A stretch of 64,000 nt of DNA from Hyphomicrobiales bacterium (GTDB lineage: Bacteria; Pseudomonadota; Alphaproteobacteria; Rhizobiales; Beijerinckiaceae), in contig JAIXUP010000062.1 of the NCBI GenBank assembly GCA_027483505.1, forward strand, positions 64,724 through 128,723. The letters run 5' to 3'. Position 1 is the first letter of the stretch, and every line of letters starts with the position of its first letter. The notes under the pieces were generated by a model that saw only the letters and a list, made by a program, of their open reading frames with translations, was not told the DNA's origin and made no database searches. Shown one piece after another: positions 30,688 to 40,663 of the stretch. Made by a program: the position numbers and the translations under genes.

Positions 30688-31872
30688 TCAGTGCAGCAGT
30701 TGCGGCGCCATGCCGGGAGCCCTGGCTGACTGCCGCTGGCCCGACCGGGTTTCGGAGGCGAGCCAGTCAACCACGACGCCGAGCGCCTGCTCGGAGTTGC
30801 GCAGGCGGTTGCGCGCCTCCTCGAACACCGCAAGCTGGGTGTCGGCGCTCGTGCCGCGGCTGAGAATGTCCCGCAGCGACAGCAGTTGCGGCAGACAGCC
30901 AAGCTCGCGGGCGTCGTCCTCGAGCAGCGCGATCGTGTCCTCGAGGACATCGGCAACATTGCGCATGCTGGCCGTCCGCTCGTCCACGAAGGCGCCGTGG
31001 ATGCCATAGCGCTGGGCGCGCCAGACATTCTCCGCCGCGATGGCGCGCGTGGCGGCGGACATCTCGGCATTGATCGCGCCATTGAAATCCAGACGCCGCA
31101 CCAGACAGCGGTACAGGGCCGCGATCGCGATGGTGTCACCAAGGCGGGTGCAGCTGTCGGCGATGCGCAGTTCAAGCGTCGGATGCTGGCGCGAGGGCCG
31201 GATCGCCCACCAGACGAAGCTGGAGTTCTCGATGGCGCGGGCCGACACCATGATGTCGAGATAGCGCCGGTAGTCGGCGGCGTTCTCGAACACTTCCGGC
31301 AGCCCGGTGCGCGGCAGTTCGCGATAGGCCGCCAGGCGGTAGCCCATCAGTCCAGTGCGATGGCCCTGCCAGAAGGGCGATGAGGTCGAGAGCGCCAGAA
31401 GCAGGGGCAGGAAAGGCAGAATCCGGCCCATGATGCTGATGCGCCGGTCTTCATCGGCGATTTCGACATGGACATGCAGGCCGCACACCTGGTTGCGCGA
31501 GCCCAGCATCTGCAGGTCGCGCATCATGCGGTCATAGCGCGCCGCTGCCGTGACGCGCTGGCGCAGCCAGGTCGCGCTCGGATGCGTGCCCGACGCCATC
31601 ACCAGAAGCCCGTGATCGCCTGCAATCGCGGAGATTCCCTGCCTGAGCCCGCCAAGCGCCGCTTCGGCGTCGCTGAAGTCCAGCAGCGGCGGCGTCGCCA
31701 CCTCAAGCTGGCACTGCAGCATCTCGCGCTGGACTTCGACCGGATAGGCCGCGCGAACCGCCGCAATAAATGAAGGATCGACACGGCCAACCGCAGCTTT
31801 TGTAACAGCATCTGACAGGAAATATTCTTCTTCGATGCCGAACTGATATGTATTTGATTTTGTCATGGACAT
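30688..31872 (-). CDS. Carboxylate-amine ligase, YbdK/GCS2 family
   Basis: FGIEEEYFL, EMLQCQLE, CGLHVHV, LALSTSSPFWQG, WWAIRPS, TLELRIAD. Confidence 0.88.
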   Translation of the reverse strand: MSMTKSNTYQFGIEEEYFLSDAVTKAAVGRVDPSFIAAVRAAYPVEVQREMLQCQLEVATPPLLDFSDAEAALGGLRQGISAIAGDHGLLVMASGTHPSATWLRQRVTAAARYDRMMRDLQMLGSRNQVCGLHVHVEIADEDRRISIMGRILPFLPLLLALSTSSPFWQGHRTGLMGYRLAAYRELPRTGLPEVFENAADYRRYLDIMVSARAIENSSFVWWAIRPSRQHPTLELRIADSCTRLGDTIAIAALYRCLVRRLDFNGAINAEMSAATRAIAAENVWRAQRYGIHGAFVDERTASMRNVADVLEDTIALLEDDARELGCLPQLLSLRDILSRGTSADTQLAVFEEARNRLRNSEQALGVVVDWLASETRSGQRQSARAPGMAPQLLH

Positions 31873-32018
31873 GAACCTTTCTGACAAGATTTTGTTTTGC
31901 AAAAACTTGCTTTGACTCCTGCCCAGACTAGCGGCGATCAAGGCTCAATTGCGACCCGATCGCAGATAATTTAACTGTTTGATCTTTCTCTGTTTTTGAG
32001 AGCGACGCAGAGCGCCGG

Positions 32019-32768
32019 TCAGCGCCAGTCACCCAAACACGCCTGAATGATGGCGAGCGCCGCGACAGCGGCGGTGTCCGCCCGCAAGATGCGCGGGCCG
32101 AGCGACAGGCGGACGGTTCGGGGCTGGGCCAGCAGAAGCCGGCGTTCCACGTCATCGAAGCCGCCCTCCGGGCCGATCAGCAGCGCGAGCGGCTGATCGG
32201 CGGCGGCAGCGGCGCGAGCGACCGAAAGCGCCTCCAGGGGACTGGCCACAGGCGCATCCTCGTCGCAGAAGATCAGCAGTCGGCGCTCATCACGCTCCGC
32301 CAGCGCGCGTTCCAGCTTCATCTCCTCCGCCACCGGGGGCACGCTGAGCAGGCCGCATTGCTCGGCGGCCTCGACGGCATTGGCGGCAAGCCGCCCGGTG
32401 TTGATCCGTGACACCTGGGTGCGGCGCGTGAGAACGGGCTGGAGCAGCGTCGCGCCCATTTCGACCGCCTTCTGCGCCATGTAGTCGAGCCGGGCCGATT
32501 TCAGAGGCGCGAACAGGTAATGCAGATCGGCTTGCGGAGGCTGCGTCCGCGTCTGCCGCCGCGCGCGCAGGACGACATCCTTGCGGCTGACCGGCTCGAT
32601 TTCGCAGCGCCATTCGCCGTCACGCCCGTTGAAGGCCAGCACAGGGTTGCCGGCGCCAAGGCGCAGCACGTTGACCAGGTAGTTGATTTGATCGCGGTCG
32701 AGCGCGATGACCGCGTCGCCCTTGAGGCCGCCTGCGACAAACAGTCTTGGGCCGACGGGTTTTTCCAT
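32019..32768 (-). CDS. rsmE: 16S rRNA m3U1498 methyltransferase
   Basis: NYLVNVLRL, QKAVEMG, EAAEQC, IGPEGGF, LGPRILRADTA; start uncertain. Confidence 0.92.
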   Translation of the reverse strand: MEKPVGPRLFVAGGLKGDAVIALDRDQINYLVNVLRLGAGNPVLAFNGRDGEWRCEIEPVSRKDVVLRARRQTRTQPPQADLHYLFAPLKSARLDYMAQKAVEMGATLLQPVLTRRTQVSRINTGRLAANAVEAAEQCGLLSVPPVAEEMKLERALAERDERRLLIFCDEDAPVASPLEALSVARAAAAADQPLALLIGPEGGFDDVERRLLLAQPRTVRLSLGPRILRADTAAVAALAIIQACLGDWR

Positions 32769-32981
32769 GGCAGGCCAGATCTTTCCGTTCCCCGCCCCTT
32801 GTGGCGGGCCGATCGCGGGTCTGTCTGCCATAAACCCGTCGCGATTTGAACCGATGACAGGGGCCGACAGCCGCTCGCGGTTTGGGGACGGGTGGAATCA
32901 TCCGCCAAGCGCTGCTATAGGGGCGAGAGGAACAGCTGGCGTGCCAGGCCGCAAGGCCGCACCCATGAGAGGAAGAAGCCG

Positions 32982-33461
32982 ATGTTCAGGCGTATGTTGC
33001 TTGCCGGTGGCATGTCCATGGCGATGCTTGTGCCGTTGGCCGGGTATTCGGGCGCGCTGGCCCAGTCCAATGTCTGCGAGCAATTGGCGACGCTGCTGAA
33101 GCAGCGCCAATCGCTGATGGAGCGGGTGAACAATCTCGGGCGCAAGCGCGTTGACCCGAACGTGGCCTGCAAGGCTTTCAGCGAGTTGGCCAGCAATGGC
33201 ACCCGCACGATCGCCTTCCTGAAGGACAACAAGGAATGGTGCCAGGTTCCGGACGAGTTCGCCAATAATGTGAACAGCAGCCAGGGCCAAATCGTGAAGG
33301 TGCGCGGCCAAGCCTGCAATGCGGCCAAGCAGCAGGCAACCATGCTGCGTCAGGCCCGCGAACAGCAGCAGCGCCAGGCACAGGGGCAGGACAACAGCAC
33401 CTTTGGCGGCATTGACGGGTTTTCGGGCGGCCCGTGGCGGGTGCCCCAAGGCGCGCTGTGA
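32982..33461 (+). CDS. Hypothetical exported protein with four cysteines
   Basis: N-terminal signal peptide (…GALAQ), RBS GAGAGGAAG, stop overlaps ubiA start. Confidence 0.7.
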   Translation: MFRRMLLAGGMSMAMLVPLAGYSGALAQSNVCEQLATLLKQRQSLMERVNNLGRKRVDPNVACKAFSELASNGTRTIAFLKDNKEWCQVPDEFANNVNSSQGQIVKVRGQACNAAKQQATMLRQAREQQQRQAQGQDNSTFGGIDGFSGGPWRVPQGAL

Positions 33462-34462
33462 GCGCCAGCGGCTCCGGCCGTCCTGACGCAAACGGGATGA
33501 CCCAGTCCTCGTCCCTGCCTGATGCAAGGCGCGGCAACTGGGTCGACACGCTCGCCCCGCCAGCAGCGCGCCCCTATCTCAAACTCGCGCGCCTTGACCG
33601 GCCGATCGGCTACTGGCTTCTGCTCTTGCCATGCTGGTGGGCCGCCGGTCTCGCCGCCATGCAGGTCGCCACCCTGGCGCCTGCCGGAACGCCTGTCAGC
33701 GCGGTGCTCCCCAACCTGTGGCACATGGCGCTGTTCTACATCGGCGCCGTGGTCATGCGCGGCGCCGGCTGCACCGGCAACGACATCGTCGACCGCGATC
33801 TCGACCGGCAGGTGGCGCGCACGCGCAACCGCCCGCTGCCGGCCGGCGAGGTCAGCACGCAACAGGCGGTGGTCTGGCTGGTCGCGCTGTCGCTGGTTGG
33901 CCTTGCGGTTCTGCTGCAGTTCAACGCGTTCACGATCGTGCTTGGCGCGTCCTCGCTGGTGATCGTGGCGATCTATCCCTTCATGAAACGGGTCACCGGC
34001 ATGCCGCAGGCCGTCCTCGGCCTCGCCTTCTCCTGGGGCGCTCTGGTCGGCTGGAGCGCAGTCTTTGGCTCGCTCGCGCTGGCGCCGGTCCTGCTTTATG
34101 CTGCGGCCGTGTTCTGGACGATCGGTTATGACACGATCTATGCGCTCCAGGACATCGAGGATGATGCCGTGGTCGGCATCAAGTCATCGGCCCGCACGTT
34201 CGGCGGCCATGCCCGGCTCGCCATCGGCCTTTGCTATGGACTGACCGTGCTGCTGGTCCTCAGCAGTGTCATGGCGGTGGGCGGCGGGCTGGTTGCGCTT
34301 GGAGGGCTCGCCCTGTTCGCCACGCATCTGATGCTGCAGGTTCGCGCCCTGTCGCGGCCGAACCCGGCGCTCGCGCTGGCGCTGTTCCGCTCCAACAGGA
34401 CAGCCGGCCTTCTGCTCACCGCCGGCCTGTGCCTCGATCCGGTCGTCCGGATCGCGCTCTGA
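33458..34462 (+). CDS. ubiA: 4-hydroxybenzoate polyprenyltransferase
   Basis: LARLDRPIG, NDIVDRDLDRQVARTRNRPL, YDTIYALQDIEDD. Confidence 0.93.
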   Translation: MSASGSGRPDANGMTQSSSLPDARRGNWVDTLAPPAARPYLKLARLDRPIGYWLLLLPCWWAAGLAAMQVATLAPAGTPVSAVLPNLWHMALFYIGAVVMRGAGCTGNDIVDRDLDRQVARTRNRPLPAGEVSTQQAVVWLVALSLVGLAVLLQFNAFTIVLGASSLVIVAIYPFMKRVTGMPQAVLGLAFSWGALVGWSAVFGSLALAPVLLYAAAVFWTIGYDTIYALQDIEDDAVVGIKSSARTFGGHARLAIGLCYGLTVLLVLSSVMAVGGGLVALGGLALFATHLMLQVRALSRPNPALALALFRSNRTAGLLLTAGLCLDPVVRIAL

Positions 34463-34469
34463 GCACGCT

Positions 34470-35036
34470 TCAGGCGACGCCGCCGCGCGACAGTTCGTGA
34501 CCGAGCACCGCGATCGTCTCGAGGCGCGGGCGGACACTCTTGCGCCGCATCAGGAAGCGCGGGCGGCGATGGCGCAGGAACGAATGTTGCCGGCGCAAAT
34601 GCAGCGGGCCAAGCGCGACAGGGCCGATTTGCGGATAAGGATTGGACATGGCGCCGTCCGCGGCCTGCAGCAGCAGCGGCAGCGACGTCGCCTTGCCGGC
34701 GCTGCGCCAGGCCGCGATCGCGTCATCCTCGTCAAGCACCGCGATCACCAGATCGCGCCCTCCCCCCGCTGTGAGGAAGACCTCGAACAGGCTGGAGGCC
34801 AGATCGTGATGCTGGAGGCGCAGGCCGACGCCGCTCCAGTTCATCGCCGGCCAGATGATACGGACGCCCTCAATGCGCCGGATCGGGGCGGAAGCGGCCG
34901 CGGCAAGCGCGGGCATAACCGCAACCGGATCTCCGAGCGACGGTTCCGATGCGGGGCCTATCTGGTCGATCAGGTCCGGCCGGTTGTTGCGGCCGGACCT
35001 GATCTGCGACGAGCGGTTCGCCATGTGACGCCTCAT
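34470..35036 (-). CDS. Conserved hypothetical protein, DUF6101-like
   Basis: 188 aa ORF with Arg-rich C-terminus (RRQHSFLRHRRPRFLMRRK); family recalled, not searched. Confidence 0.55.
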   Translation of the reverse strand: MRRHMANRSSQIRSGRNNRPDLIDQIGPASEPSLGDPVAVMPALAAAASAPIRRIEGVRIIWPAMNWSGVGLRLQHHDLASSLFEVFLTAGGGRDLVIAVLDEDDAIAAWRSAGKATSLPLLLQAADGAMSNPYPQIGPVALGPLHLRRQHSFLRHRRPRFLMRRKSVRPRLETIAVLGHELSRGGVA

Positions 35037-35225
35037 TTTCCCTGCAGACGGGCCGCTTTTTGTGTGGTGCGGCCTCGTTCTGACATTGCCGACGATGGCC
35101 TACAGCGATGGTCAACGCCTTAAGGCATTGCGTTAAAAGGAGGTTTCAGCGCTGGTTTTGGGCGGTATGCTTGACCAAAGTTTAGAAAACCTGCGCAAAT
35201 GCGCCGTACCGCCCAGAACGAGCCG

Positions 35226-36050
35226 ATGATCGACCTTTCGCCGCATGGACTAGACCGCCTGCTTGCTGAATCCGTGCGCGTTGCAACCGCCGCCGGCGAC
35301 ATGGCGATGCGGTACTTCAGGCCCGGCGCAGCCACGTCTGCCCGCATCTGGAGCAAGGATGGCGGCTCGCCGGTGACCGAGGCCGACATCGCAGTCGACA
35401 ACTTCCTGAAGGCCCGCTGCGGCGACATCGTTCCGGCCGCGCGCTGGCTTTCGGAAGAAACAGTGGATGACCCTGCGCGGCTTGGCCACAGGCTGGTCTG
35501 GGTTGTCGATCCCATCGACGGCACACGTGCGTTTATGGCCGGACTGCCCGACTGGGGCGTCTGCGTTGCTCTGCTGGCGGACAACCAGCCGGTCCTCGGC
35601 GTCGTGCATGCACCGGCCCTGGAGGCGACCTATGCGGCCAGCCTCGGCCGGGGCGCGACCCGCAACGCCGGCGAGATTCGCGCCCGGAGCCTGCATGAAG
35701 GACCGCCGCGCATTGCGGGCCCGAAGCCGATGCTCGAAGTGCTGGCCAAGGTCTATGCCTTCGACGCGCAGCCGAAGGTGCCGTCGCTGGCGCTGCGGCT
35801 CGCCCGCATCGCGGAGGGATCGCTCGATGGCGGTCTGATCTCGCCTGATTCGCGCGATTGGGATCTGGCCGCCGCCGACCTCATCCTCAGCGAGGCCGGC
35901 GGCACGGTAACCACCCTGGCTGGCGAGCGTCTGGTCTTCAACCGCGCGCGCCCGGTCCACGCGACGCTGGTGGCAGCGGGCCATGGCGGCCACCCCGCCC
36001 TTCTGGCTGCGGCGAACGCCATGCGGGACCATGCCTTTTCACGCAATTGA
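35226..36050 (+). CDS. cysQ: 3'(2'),5'-bisphosphate nucleotidase / inositol monophosphatase family
   Basis: SPVTEAD, LSEE, VVDPIDGTRAF, WDLAAADLI. Confidence 0.8.
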   Translation: MIDLSPHGLDRLLAESVRVATAAGDMAMRYFRPGAATSARIWSKDGGSPVTEADIAVDNFLKARCGDIVPAARWLSEETVDDPARLGHRLVWVVDPIDGTRAFMAGLPDWGVCVALLADNQPVLGVVHAPALEATYAASLGRGATRNAGEIRARSLHEGPPRIAGPKPMLEVLAKVYAFDAQPKVPSLALRLARIAEGSLDGGLISPDSRDWDLAAADLILSEAGGTVTTLAGERLVFNRARPVHATLVAAGHGGHPALLAAANAMRDHAFSRN

Positions 36051-36137
36051 CGGTCCGGCCAACGCGCTGGCCTCTCGCAAGAACCGGCGCGATAGCGTAT
36101 CGCAGCCTGAATGAGGCCATTGCATCGGGGAGCGCCC

Positions 36138-36374
36138 ATGGTTGATCCAACACCGCAGAAACAATTGCCGCACCTCGTGTTCGGCGGCGAACTGACCCAT
36201 CTCGACGGCGTCGAGTTCCGTGACCTGTCCAAGCTCGACATCGTCGGAATCTTTCCGAATTACGCCAGCGCCCATGCCGCCTGGAAGGCGAAGGCGCAGG
36301 CTTCGGTGGACAATGCCCACATGCGCTATTTCGTCGTGCACCTGCACCGCATGCTCGACCCCTCGAAGCCCTGA
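36138..36374 (+). CDS. Small conserved protein, DUF4170-like
   Basis: HLVFGGEL, DIVGIFPNYASA..AWKAKAQ, DNAHMRYFVVHLHR. Confidence 0.75.
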   Translation: MVDPTPQKQLPHLVFGGELTHLDGVEFRDLSKLDIVGIFPNYASAHAAWKAKAQASVDNAHMRYFVVHLHRMLDPSKP

Positions 36375-36392
36375 GCGGAACCAGGCGGTCCG

Positions 36393-37160
36393 ATGGCGCT
36401 TGCGATCCTCAAGAAGCCGCTTGTCCAGGAGGCCGTTGGCCGCCTGCTGGCCGGCTATCTGCGGCTGGTGCAGAAAACCAACCGGATCACCATTGCGCCC
36501 GAAGGCGTCTATGAGACGAGGGTGCGGCCTGACCTGCCGGTGATCGTCGCCATGTGGCATGGCCAGCACCTAATGGTGCCTTACGGACGCCCGGACTGGA
36601 TGAATGCGTCCTCGCTGGTGTCGCGGCACGGGGACGGCGAATTCAACGCCATCGCCCTGCGCCAGCTGGGCATCGGCGCAATCCGTGGATCGGGAGCCCA
36701 TGGCCGCAAGGTGCGCGAGAAGGGCGGCATCAGCGCCTTCATGGCGATGACGCGGGCGCTGGCCGCGGGCCAGACCATGGTGCTCACCGCCGATGTGCCC
36801 AAGATCGCGCGGGTTGCGGGCGCGGGAATCGTGAAACTGGCCCAGGTCTCGGGCCGTCCGATCTATCCGGTCGCCGTCACGACCAGCCGCCGCTATTCGG
36901 CCCGCAACTGGGACGCGACGACCATCGGCCTGCCCTTCGGGCGCTGCGCCATTGTGGTCGGGGATGCGATCCATGTCGCGCGCGACGCCGACGAGGCCGC
37001 CATCGAGGCGGCGCGGCTGGCGGTCGAGGCCGGGCTCGACGCAGTCCATGCCCATGCCTTCGCCATGGTCGGGCGCGACGACCCTGCCGAGGCCATGATC
37101 GTCGCAAACCGCGCGCAGGCGGCTGCCAAACGCGCGCAGCAACCGGCGTCCCAATCATGA
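36393..37160 (+). CDS. Lysophospholipid acyltransferase family (DUF374) protein
   Basis: MWHGQH, LVSRHGDGE, IRGSG, LTADVP; precedes waaA. Confidence 0.8.
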   Translation: MALAILKKPLVQEAVGRLLAGYLRLVQKTNRITIAPEGVYETRVRPDLPVIVAMWHGQHLMVPYGRPDWMNASSLVSRHGDGEFNAIALRQLGIGAIRGSGAHGRKVREKGGISAFMAMTRALAAGQTMVLTADVPKIARVAGAGIVKLAQVSGRPIYPVAVTTSRRYSARNWDATTIGLPFGRCAIVVGDAIHVARDADEAAIEAARLAVEAGLDAVHAHAFAMVGRDDPAEAMIVANRAQAAAKRAQQPASQS

Positions 37161-38458
37161 CGCGCAGCCCATGGCAATTGCGGCTGTACCGGGCTGCCAC
37201 ACGTCTGGCCCAGCCGGCTGCCGGATTGATCCTCCGTCAGCGCCTGAAGAAAGGCAAGGAAGACCCGGTGCGTCTCAAGGAGCGCATGGGCGTCGCCGGC
37301 ATGGCGCGTCCGCAAGGTCCTCTGGTCTGGCTGCACGGAGCGAGTGTCGGGGAAACGGTCTCGATGATCCCGATCATCGAACGGCTGCAGGAGCGCGGCA
37401 TCCATGTGCTGGTGACATCGGGAACCGTCACTTCGGCACGGGTGATGGCCGAGCGGCTGCCGGCGGCGGCGCTGCACCAGTTCATCCCGCTCGACACGCC
37501 GGGCTTCATGCAGCGCTTCCTGAGCCACTGGCGTCCCGCCATCGGCGTGATGGTGGAATCAGAGTTGTGGCCAAACCTGATCGTGGAGGCGAACAAGGCG
37601 GACGTTCCCCTGATGCTGCTCAACGGCCGCATGTCGGAACGCTCCTATGCGCGCTGGATGAAGCAGCCGGGGATGGCCCATGCCCTGCTCTCGCGTTTCG
37701 ATGTGGTGATGGCGCAGTCACAACGCGACGGCGAACGCTTCTCGCGGCTGGGCGCGCCGCGCGTCATGCTGGGCGGCAATCTCAAATACGATGTCACGCC
37801 GCCGCCGGCCGATCCGGCCGCGCTGGCGATGCTGCAGGGCGTCACCTCGGGGCGGCCGATCTGGGTCGCGGCCAGCACCCATCCCGGCGAGGAGGAGATG
37901 ATCATCGACGCGCACCGGCGCGTCGCGGAGCGGCTGCCGGGGCTGCTCACCATCATCGCGCCACGGCATCCGCAGCGCGGAGCGCAGATCGAGGCGTTGG
38001 CGCTGGCCGAAGGGCTGGCGAGCGGCTGCCGGTCGACCGGGCTGGCCCCCGACCGCGCCTTCGACGTTTATGTGGCCGATACGGTTGGCGAGCTCGGCCT
38101 GTTCTACAGGCTGGCGCCGGTCTGCTATCTTGGCGGTTCGCTGGTGCCACATGGCGGGCAAAACCCGATCGAGGCGGCGAAGCTGAGCGCCGCGATCGTG
38201 CATGGTCCGCATGTCCACAACTTCATCGACGTCTTCGCCTCGCTCGATGACGGCGGAGGGGCGGTCAAGGTCCAGGATGCGGGCGCGCTGGCCGGGCAAG
38301 TCCTGCACTGGCTGACCCATGCCAACGATGCGCGGACAACCGGCAGGCTCGCCGCGCAGGGCGTTGCTGCGCTCACGGGGGCGACGGACCGCATCATGCA
38401 GGCCATGGACCCGCTGCTGGCGCGGTCGGGACTCTTGGCCCGGCGCGCCGAGCCGTGA
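37157..38458 (+). CDS. waaA: 3-deoxy-D-manno-octulosonate transferase
   Basis: WLHGASVGE, ESELWPN, AASTHPGEE, APRHPQR, HGGQNPIEAA. Confidence 0.93.
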   Translation: MTRSPWQLRLYRAATRLAQPAAGLILRQRLKKGKEDPVRLKERMGVAGMARPQGPLVWLHGASVGETVSMIPIIERLQERGIHVLVTSGTVTSARVMAERLPAAALHQFIPLDTPGFMQRFLSHWRPAIGVMVESELWPNLIVEANKADVPLMLLNGRMSERSYARWMKQPGMAHALLSRFDVVMAQSQRDGERFSRLGAPRVMLGGNLKYDVTPPPADPAALAMLQGVTSGRPIWVAASTHPGEEEMIIDAHRRVAERLPGLLTIIAPRHPQRGAQIEALALAEGLASGCRSTGLAPDRAFDVYVADTVGELGLFYRLAPVCYLGGSLVPHGGQNPIEAAKLSAAIVHGPHVHNFIDVFASLDDGGGAVKVQDAGALAGQVLHWLTHANDARTTGRLAAQGVAALTGATDRIMQAMDPLLARSGLLARRAEP

Positions 38459-39462
38459 TGCGCGCGCCAGCCTTCTGGTGGACGACCCCGCCCAGCCTGA
38501 CGGCGCGGCTGCTTCAGCCTCTGGCAACGCTCTACAGCGCCGCGACCTTGCGCCGGATGCGCCGGCCCGGCACGCGGGTCGGCTGCCCGGTGATCTGCGT
38601 CGGCAACTTCACCGGCGGCGGGGCGGGCAAGACGCCGACCGCGCTGCTCCTTGCCAACCTCTTGATCGCGCGCGGCGAACGTCCGGTGTTCCTGAGTCGG
38701 GGCTATGGCGGCTCGGTGCGCTTCGCGACGCGGGTGGACCCTTCGCGGCACAGCTCGGCCGAAGTCGGCGACGAGCCGCTGCTGCTAGTGCGGGCTGCGC
38801 CAACCATCGTGTCACGCGACCGGGTCGCGGGGGCGGCGAAGGCGCTGGAAGCCGGCGCCAGCGTGATCATCATGGATGACGGACTGCAAAATCCGGACAT
38901 CGAGAAGACGCTCACGCTTGCCGTGATCGATGGCCGGAGCGGTTTCGGCAATGGTTTGGCCCATCCTGCCGGACCGCTGCGGGCGGATGCAGCGCTTCAG
39001 GCCAGCCGGGTCAACGCTGTCGTCCTGATCGGCCCCGGCGAGGCCGGCGCGCATGCGGCAGCCCTCACGGGCCTGCCGGTCATCAGGGCGGAGTTGACGC
39101 CTTCGCCTGAAGCCGCTGCGCACATCGCCGGACGCCGCGTGTTCGCCATGGCCGGGATCGGGCTTCCTGACAAGTTCCGCGCCACATTGCGGGCCTGCGG
39201 CGCGGAGATCGTCGGCGAGCATATCGTGGCTGATCATGCGCCCTACAGCGCAAGCGATCTCGAACGGGTTGCGGCGACCGCCGCAAGCCTTGACGCGCTG
39301 GTGGCGACAACGACGAAGGACAAGGTGCGGATCGGGGCTGACCTGCCGCACGCCTTGCGCGGACGGCTCGTCGTCGTGGATGTCACGCTTGTCCCGGTTG
39401 AAGGCATGGACAGGTTGAACGGCCTGCTCGACGCTTGCCTCAGCGCTTCTGCGTCCGGTTGA
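38458..39462 (+). CDS. lpxK: Tetraacyldisaccharide 4'-kinase
   Basis: VGNFTGGGAGKTP, LSRGYGG, GDEPLL, MDDGLQN, PAGPLR. Confidence 0.93.
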   Translation: MRAPAFWWTTPPSLTARLLQPLATLYSAATLRRMRRPGTRVGCPVICVGNFTGGGAGKTPTALLLANLLIARGERPVFLSRGYGGSVRFATRVDPSRHSSAEVGDEPLLLVRAAPTIVSRDRVAGAAKALEAGASVIIMDDGLQNPDIEKTLTLAVIDGRSGFGNGLAHPAGPLRADAALQASRVNAVVLIGPGEAGAHAAALTGLPVIRAELTPSPEAAAHIAGRRVFAMAGIGLPDKFRATLRACGAEIVGEHIVADHAPYSASDLERVAATAASLDALVATTTKDKVRIGADLPHALRGRLVVVDVTLVPVEGMDRLNGLLDACLSASASG

Positions 39463-39661
39463 GGCGGGCCAGCACAGCGGCGGGCGAGGCATAGGCCTCG
39501 TTGAGGTCGACCGACCAGTAGCGCAATTCCTCGATCGGAATGCGCACGCCGGTGACCGCGCAGCGCACATAGGTTCCCTGCTTCAGGACAGCGAATTCGC
39601 CGTCGCCGAAACTGAGCACCGCCTCCTGTCCGCCCAGAAACGGCGTTTCATGCCGGTTCAT
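39440..39661 (-). CDS. Small conserved protein, DUF2093-like
   Basis: GDGEFAVLKQGTYVRCAVTG..IPIEELRYWSVD..EAY. Confidence 0.75.
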   Translation of the reverse strand: MNRHETPFLGGQEAVLSFGDGEFAVLKQGTYVRCAVTGVRIPIEELRYWSVDLNEAYASPAAVLARLNRTQKR

Positions 39662-39756
39662 TGCGCTCACTCCCCAATTTTGCAAGAGTGCGATAGCATG
39701 TCGGCATCATCGTTGGAATGTCCTGATTGCAGGACGTGCGTGGACAGGGATAGCGG

Positions 39757-40656
39757 GTGGCAGGCGCATTTCCGAAACTCCGGTCTGCCTCAACGGCCGC
39801 ACGCTGGTTTGCCGGAGGCCTTGCTGGCGTCGCGCTGATCGCGGGCCTGACACTGGACGCGGTGATCGGCGCTGTCAGGGCGGACGTGCTGCCCGAAATG
39901 GTTCGCATCCCGGCCGAAGACGTGGAACTGGCTGGAGCGCTGTATCGTCCCCAGGGTTCCGGCCCGCATCCGGCCGTGATCGCGCTGCACGGCTGCGGCG
40001 GCCTGTTCAATTCAGCCGGCCAGCCCTCGGCCCGACATGCTGATTGGGGCCAGAGGCTGGCGGCCAAGGGCTTTCTCGTGCTGATGCCAGACAGTTTCCG
40101 GTCGCGCGGCCTCGGCTCGCAGTGCGGCACCGTCAATCGGAGCGTGAGGGCGGGCCGCGAACGGGTCGCCGATGTGCTCGCCGCCAAGACATGGCTTCAG
40201 GCGCGCAGCGATGTGAAGCCAAACGCCGTGTCGCTTCTGGGCTGGTCCAATGGCGGGTCCACTGTTCTGGCCGCGATCCGCAAGGACCGCAGGCCGGCAG
40301 ACCTGTCCCCCGACCTTGCGCGGGCCGTCGCTTTCTATCCAGGCTGCCGGGGTCAAGCGGAATCGGCCGGGTTCAAGGCGCGCCTGCCGCTGCTCATCCT
40401 CATGGGCGAGGCGGATGACTGGACGCCGGCCGCGCCATGCAAGACCCTCGTCGAGGCCGCCACAGCCCGCGGAGAGGCTGTGGCCATCAAGCTTTATCCG
40501 GACGCTTTTCACGATTTCGACCATCCCGGCCGGCCGATGACCCAGCGGAGCGACCTCGCTTTCAGCGCCGATGGCAGCGGCACGGCCCATGCCGGCACCA
40601 ACCCCGCCGCACGCGCGGATGCGCTGGAGCGCGTGCCAGCCTTCCTGGCGCGCTGA
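39757..40656 (+). CDS. Dienelactone hydrolase family protein, probably exported
   Basis: LHGCGG, GWSNGG nucleophile elbow, AFYPGC, GEADDWTP, AFHDFD. Confidence 0.85.
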   Translation: MAGAFPKLRSASTAARWFAGGLAGVALIAGLTLDAVIGAVRADVLPEMVRIPAEDVELAGALYRPQGSGPHPAVIALHGCGGLFNSAGQPSARHADWGQRLAAKGFLVLMPDSFRSRGLGSQCGTVNRSVRAGRERVADVLAAKTWLQARSDVKPNAVSLLGWSNGGSTVLAAIRKDRRPADLSPDLARAVAFYPGCRGQAESAGFKARLPLLILMGEADDWTPAAPCKTLVEAATARGEAVAIKLYPDAFHDFDHPGRPMTQRSDLAFSADGSGTAHAGTNPAARADALERVPAFLAR

Positions 40657-40663
40657 ACCAAAG

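Noticed and set aside
35110-35140. TTAA-N9-TTAA between the DUF6101-like gene and cysQ as a CtrA site
   Set aside because: Spacing is 9 rather than the 7 required for a full CtrA box
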